Assembly: GCA_002480485.1 (NCBI GenBank)
Contig: DLCF01000033.1
Location: 35,990-99,989 of the forward strand
Length of the DNA: 64,000 nt
Direction: 5' to 3'
Source of the DNA: Planctomycetaceae bacterium UBA7805
Lineage (GTDB): Bacteria > Planctomycetota > Planctomycetia > Pirellulales > UBA7805
Positions 61,281-64,000 of the stretch are shown here, piece after piece (positions within the stretch are counted from its first letter, which is position 1; each line of letters begins with the position of its first letter). The position numbers and the translations under genes were made by a program. Under the pieces are notes generated by a model. That model was given only the letters and a program-made list of their open reading frames with translations. It was not told the origin of the DNA and ran no database searches.

Positions 61281-62087
61281 ATGAATCGCCTCTCATCCAG
61301 CGTGATGCCTGAAAATCTCACGTCCACAATTAGCGATGCGAACGTCGCCGATGATTTTCTGCATGACAATCTCGGTCAGCACAACACATCCGAAAGCCGA
61401 TCATCTGCAACGGAACCAGCGAATATCTGTTCCGTTTTCACACCGTTGCATTACGAACCCAACTATGCATATCCGTTGGTCGTCTGGTTACACGCCGAGG
61501 GGGAAAATGAAACTCAACTTCGCCAGGTCATGCCTAAGATCAGCATGCGAAACTATGCTGCCGTGGCTCCACGAGGTACTGTATCGCTTGGTATGCCGCG
61601 ATTGGACCAATGGGGCGCAACCTATAGTTGGCCATTGAGCAATGGTGATCTTTCGGAAGCATCAGAACACATCTGCATGGCTATGGAACATGCCGAGCAG
61701 CGATTTCGCATAGACTCCAACCGCATTTTTCTTGCCGGTAGTGGAGCGGGTGGCACCATGGCACTGCAAATCGGCATGACTCTCCCGGAGCGGTTTGCGG
61801 GCATCGTATCGGTAGGCGGGCCGCTTCCCAGAGAAGATGCTCTGATGGCACACTTGAATGAAATTCGCCAAATGCCCATTTTACTCATGGTTGAGCGAGA
61901 CAACGAGCACTATCCGAACACCATGGTTTGTGAAGATTTACGCCTGCTCCATATCGCAGGCATGACCGTTACGTTAAGACAGTATCCCGCGGGTGGCACT
62001 CTGCGTGATTCCATGCTCTCAGACATCGATCCTTGGATAATGGACGTCCTTGCTAGCGGGCAAAAGACGCCGATCGTGACCGCGTGA
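61281..62087 (+). CDS. Alpha/beta-hydrolase, phospholipase/carboxylesterase-like
   Basis: PLVVWLHAEGENE, a nucleophile-elbow-like IFLAGSGAGGTMAL, and GIVSVGGPLP. The start is uncertain (ATG 61281 preferred over 61140). Confidence 0.6.
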   Translation: MNRLSSSVMPENLTSTISDANVADDFLHDNLGQHNTSESRSSATEPANICSVFTPLHYEPNYAYPLVVWLHAEGENETQLRQVMPKISMRNYAAVAPRGTVSLGMPRLDQWGATYSWPLSNGDLSEASEHICMAMEHAEQRFRIDSNRIFLAGSGAGGTMALQIGMTLPERFAGIVSVGGPLPREDALMAHLNEIRQMPILLMVERDNEHYPNTMVCEDLRLLHIAGMTVTLRQYPAGGTLRDSMLSDIDPWIMDVLASGQKTPIVTA

Positions 62088-62355
62088 TCAAATCGCGGCC
62101 TCTCGTCTCCCAGTGGAGCGAGTTAGCAGTCATCCGCCCTGTTGATTCTATTGCGCCGGCGGCTTTCATACCTCGGAATCTGGCAAGCTATCGATGCTGC
62201 CAGGTAAAACGCGGATTGACGCCTGTTGGAAGTTTCGAGTAGCCTCCCCCTCCCTTGGAAGATGTTGCATCTGATCCAAGGATAAATGATTCGCCGCTTA
62301 TTGCGCTATGATCCCGCTTTGAGAACGTGAAAGTCGTTGAAAGGCATAACAGGTG

Positions 62356-62868
62356 ATGAAAATATCAAACTCCAATAAAAACAAAGACCCACTCCCCGTC
62401 CTTCTGGCTGGTACTTTTGAGGCTAAAGCATCGACTTCGCAACTGAGAGATTCTGTGAATCGGATACTAGAAACACTATCGGGTCAGTTGTCTGAGCAGG
62501 CCATCACGCTGAACGTTGATATCTGCGATTCTCTTCGCTACGCATTGAATGCGTCACTCTTTGAGCGTGCGGTTCGATGTCTGTGCGAGCAATCGATTCA
62601 TGGAATGCCTTGCGGAGGCGAGTTGATCATCACGGCGGTTGAGCAAGCTGACGGGATCGATTTGGAGATTGCCGACAGTCGCAACGACTACATCGAATCC
62701 CCGCGTTTATTAGACGGTCAAAGCGATCAAACATTCACCGAACTGATTCCCGTACATTATTTCGTCGCGGTTCACGGTGGTACGGTGAGGGTGCAGAATT
62801 GCCCCGAGGGCGGGGTAGCATTTACTATCCATCTTCCCTTTTCGCAGGCTTTGCGGTCAGCCGCTTAA
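62356..62868 (+). CDS. Stand-alone histidine-kinase-like ATPase (HATPase_c) domain protein, degenerate G1 box
   Basis: N-box-like LFERAVRCLCEQSIHGMPCGGELIITA. DLEIADSRND stands in place of DxGxG. G2/C-terminal VHGGTVRVQNCPEGGVAFTIHLP. No DHp/HisKA segment is present. Confidence 0.55.
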   Translation: MKISNSNKNKDPLPVLLAGTFEAKASTSQLRDSVNRILETLSGQLSEQAITLNVDICDSLRYALNASLFERAVRCLCEQSIHGMPCGGELIITAVEQADGIDLEIADSRNDYIESPRLLDGQSDQTFTELIPVHYFVAVHGGTVRVQNCPEGGVAFTIHLPFSQALRSAA

Positions 62869-62874
62869 AAAAGC

Positions 62875-64000
62875 ATGGAATCTCTCCAGCACGCATGGAA
62901 TGATCTTACCGATCGGATACGGAAACTGCCAAAAAGAACCCAAGTTCTTATTGCAGTCGGTGCGATTCTCTGCCTTGTTGCATCAGCCCTATTCAACCAT
63001 GGGAATAAAAAAAATGCTGAAATTACATTATTCCCTGACGCGCTTTCTTCACGACAAATTTCAGCTTACCAGATCGCATTTGCGGATGCTGGGCTCGCAG
63101 ACTATCGGATCGACAAACAAAAAATCCTGGTTCCAAAAACAAAAAAATCCAGTTTCATGGCCGCTTTAGCGAAGGCTAATCTGCTGACGAAATCATCAGG
63201 CAAGTACCTCGAAAAAGCGCTTGACTCCAGTAGTCCTTTTGAAAATCAGCAGCAACGAAAACATCGGATAAAAATCGCGCAAGAGAAAGAATTCGCTCAA
63301 ACCATTAGTCAATTCAACGGGATTGAAGAGGCCACGGTCCATTATGATGCCAAGGAGAAAAAGGGGCTTGCCCAAGATACGATCTTCACAGCAAGTGTCA
63401 CTGTGCGGGCAAAAAACAATAAACCACTGACATCCCAGCAAAGTCAGATTATTAGAAATTACCTCGCAGGATGCATCGCAGGGCTGAAGCCCGAGGTAAT
63501 TTATATTGTAGACCTCAATCTGTCTCCGGAACCGCCTGTCGCAACGCACCTGCCGGCAAATTTTTCCCAAATCCATTCTGGAACCCCAAATAGATCGCCT
63601 AGCCAAGTTCCGAAAGAGTCGGTGAAGCAACCAGAATCTTTCCCCGCCGGCACACTCGCCATCGTTGGCACGGCATTGGTTGCCGGCTGTGTTGCCTTAC
63701 TACGAAGAAAAATTGGCACCGAATCCACCGACCGGAATTGCGTTTCTGAGCCAACGAAACTTGACATTCAAATCCCCAGTGAGCCACCCGATAAAAGTCA
63801 AACATCTTTAACTGAACTGCCGGGCGAGAACCTTCCTAACTCAGCACAAAACTTCGGAGCGGATGATCATACAGCCAAAGCCCGTCTGCTTTTGGCCGGC
63901 CAATCTGATTATTCACACTTGATACCGAACCAACAAACCGACGGGATTGAACTTACAACAATGGCGGTGCATTCTGATTCCGAATCGACGCAACCATCAA
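62875..64000 (+). CDS. YscJ/FliF-family ring protein (short form), 3' end beyond the window
   Basis: This ORF is not in the supplied track. ATG 62875 lies 6 nt after the preceding stop, and hand translation shows no stop through nt 64000 (375 codons). It is colinear with the FliF N-terminal part. Matching blocks: LTDRIRKLPKRTQVLIAVGAILCLVAS (TM1); LFPDALSSRQISAYQIAFADAGLADYRIDKQKILVPKTKKSSFMAALAKANLL; PFENQQQRKHRIKIAQEKEFAQTISQFNGIEEATVHYD...FTASVTVRAKNNKPLTSQQSQIIRNYLAGCIAGLKPEVIYIVD. A second TM (LAIVGTALVAGCVALL) sits at about aa 258-275. Confidence 0.65.
   Translation, partial: MESLQHAWNDLTDRIRKLPKRTQVLIAVGAILCLVASALFNHGNKKNAEITLFPDALSSRQISAYQIAFADAGLADYRIDKQKILVPKTKKSSFMAALAKANLLTKSSGKYLEKALDSSSPFENQQQRKHRIKIAQEKEFAQTISQFNGIEEATVHYDAKEKKGLAQDTIFTASVTVRAKNNKPLTSQQSQIIRNYLAGCIAGLKPEVIYIVDLNLSPEPPVATHLPANFSQIHSGTPNRSPSQVPKESVKQPESFPAGTLAIVGTALVAGCVALLRRKIGTESTDRNCVSEPTKLDIQIPSEPPDKSQTSLTELPGENLPNSAQNFGADDHTAKARLLLAGQSDYSHLIPNQQTDGIELTTMAVHSDSESTQPS

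Noticed and set aside
63196-63805. Three minus-strand ORFs (68-144 aa) listed in the track.
   Set aside because: They overlap the open-ended plus-strand YscJ/FliF-like frame, which has clear family colinearity. The minus-strand products have none.

Overview
This 64-kb chromosomal segment looks planctomycete-like (Pirellulales-type). That assignment is an inference from gene content and protein style, not from a search.

nt 1-29,881 is one large surface/exopolysaccharide locus built as two convergent arms (plus strand 1-14,090; minus strand 14,139-29,881). It holds:
- 10 glycosyltransferases
- wecB, plus a decayed second wecB copy
- 3 methyltransferases and an O-acyltransferase
- 2 tandem sulfotransferases
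- a FemAB-like transferase and a prenyltransferase/terpene-cyclase-repeat protein
- a Wzy-like polymerase and an O-antigen-ligase-like/TPR fusion
- a Wzc-type tyrosine autokinase and a Wza-type export lipoprotein

nt 30,043-62,087 is mostly housekeeping: ymdB-like/rny, tilS, dapF, dapB, thrC, gmhA, lspA, holA, clpX, mdh, csrA, an acyl-CoA dehydrogenase, MFS transporters and hydrolases. A few unusual genes are interspersed:
- a PTS-EIIA::SLC4 anion-transporter fusion
- a CsrA with a long tail
- a secreted CCDDYC-repeat cysteine-rich protein
- a giant AsmA/TamB-like protein

At the 3' edge, an open-ended ORF missing from the supplied track (62,875->64,000) encodes a short YscJ/FliF-family ring protein. 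It is tightly coupled to a degenerate stand-alone HATPase.

I found no rRNA, tRNA, CRISPR array, IS element or recognisable defence module. The best leads are the predicted sulfated, heavily tailored polysaccharide system, the frame-preserving wecB relic, the EIIA-SLC4 fusion and the HATPase/short-FliF pair. All family assignments come from motif recognition by eye, and no searches were run.
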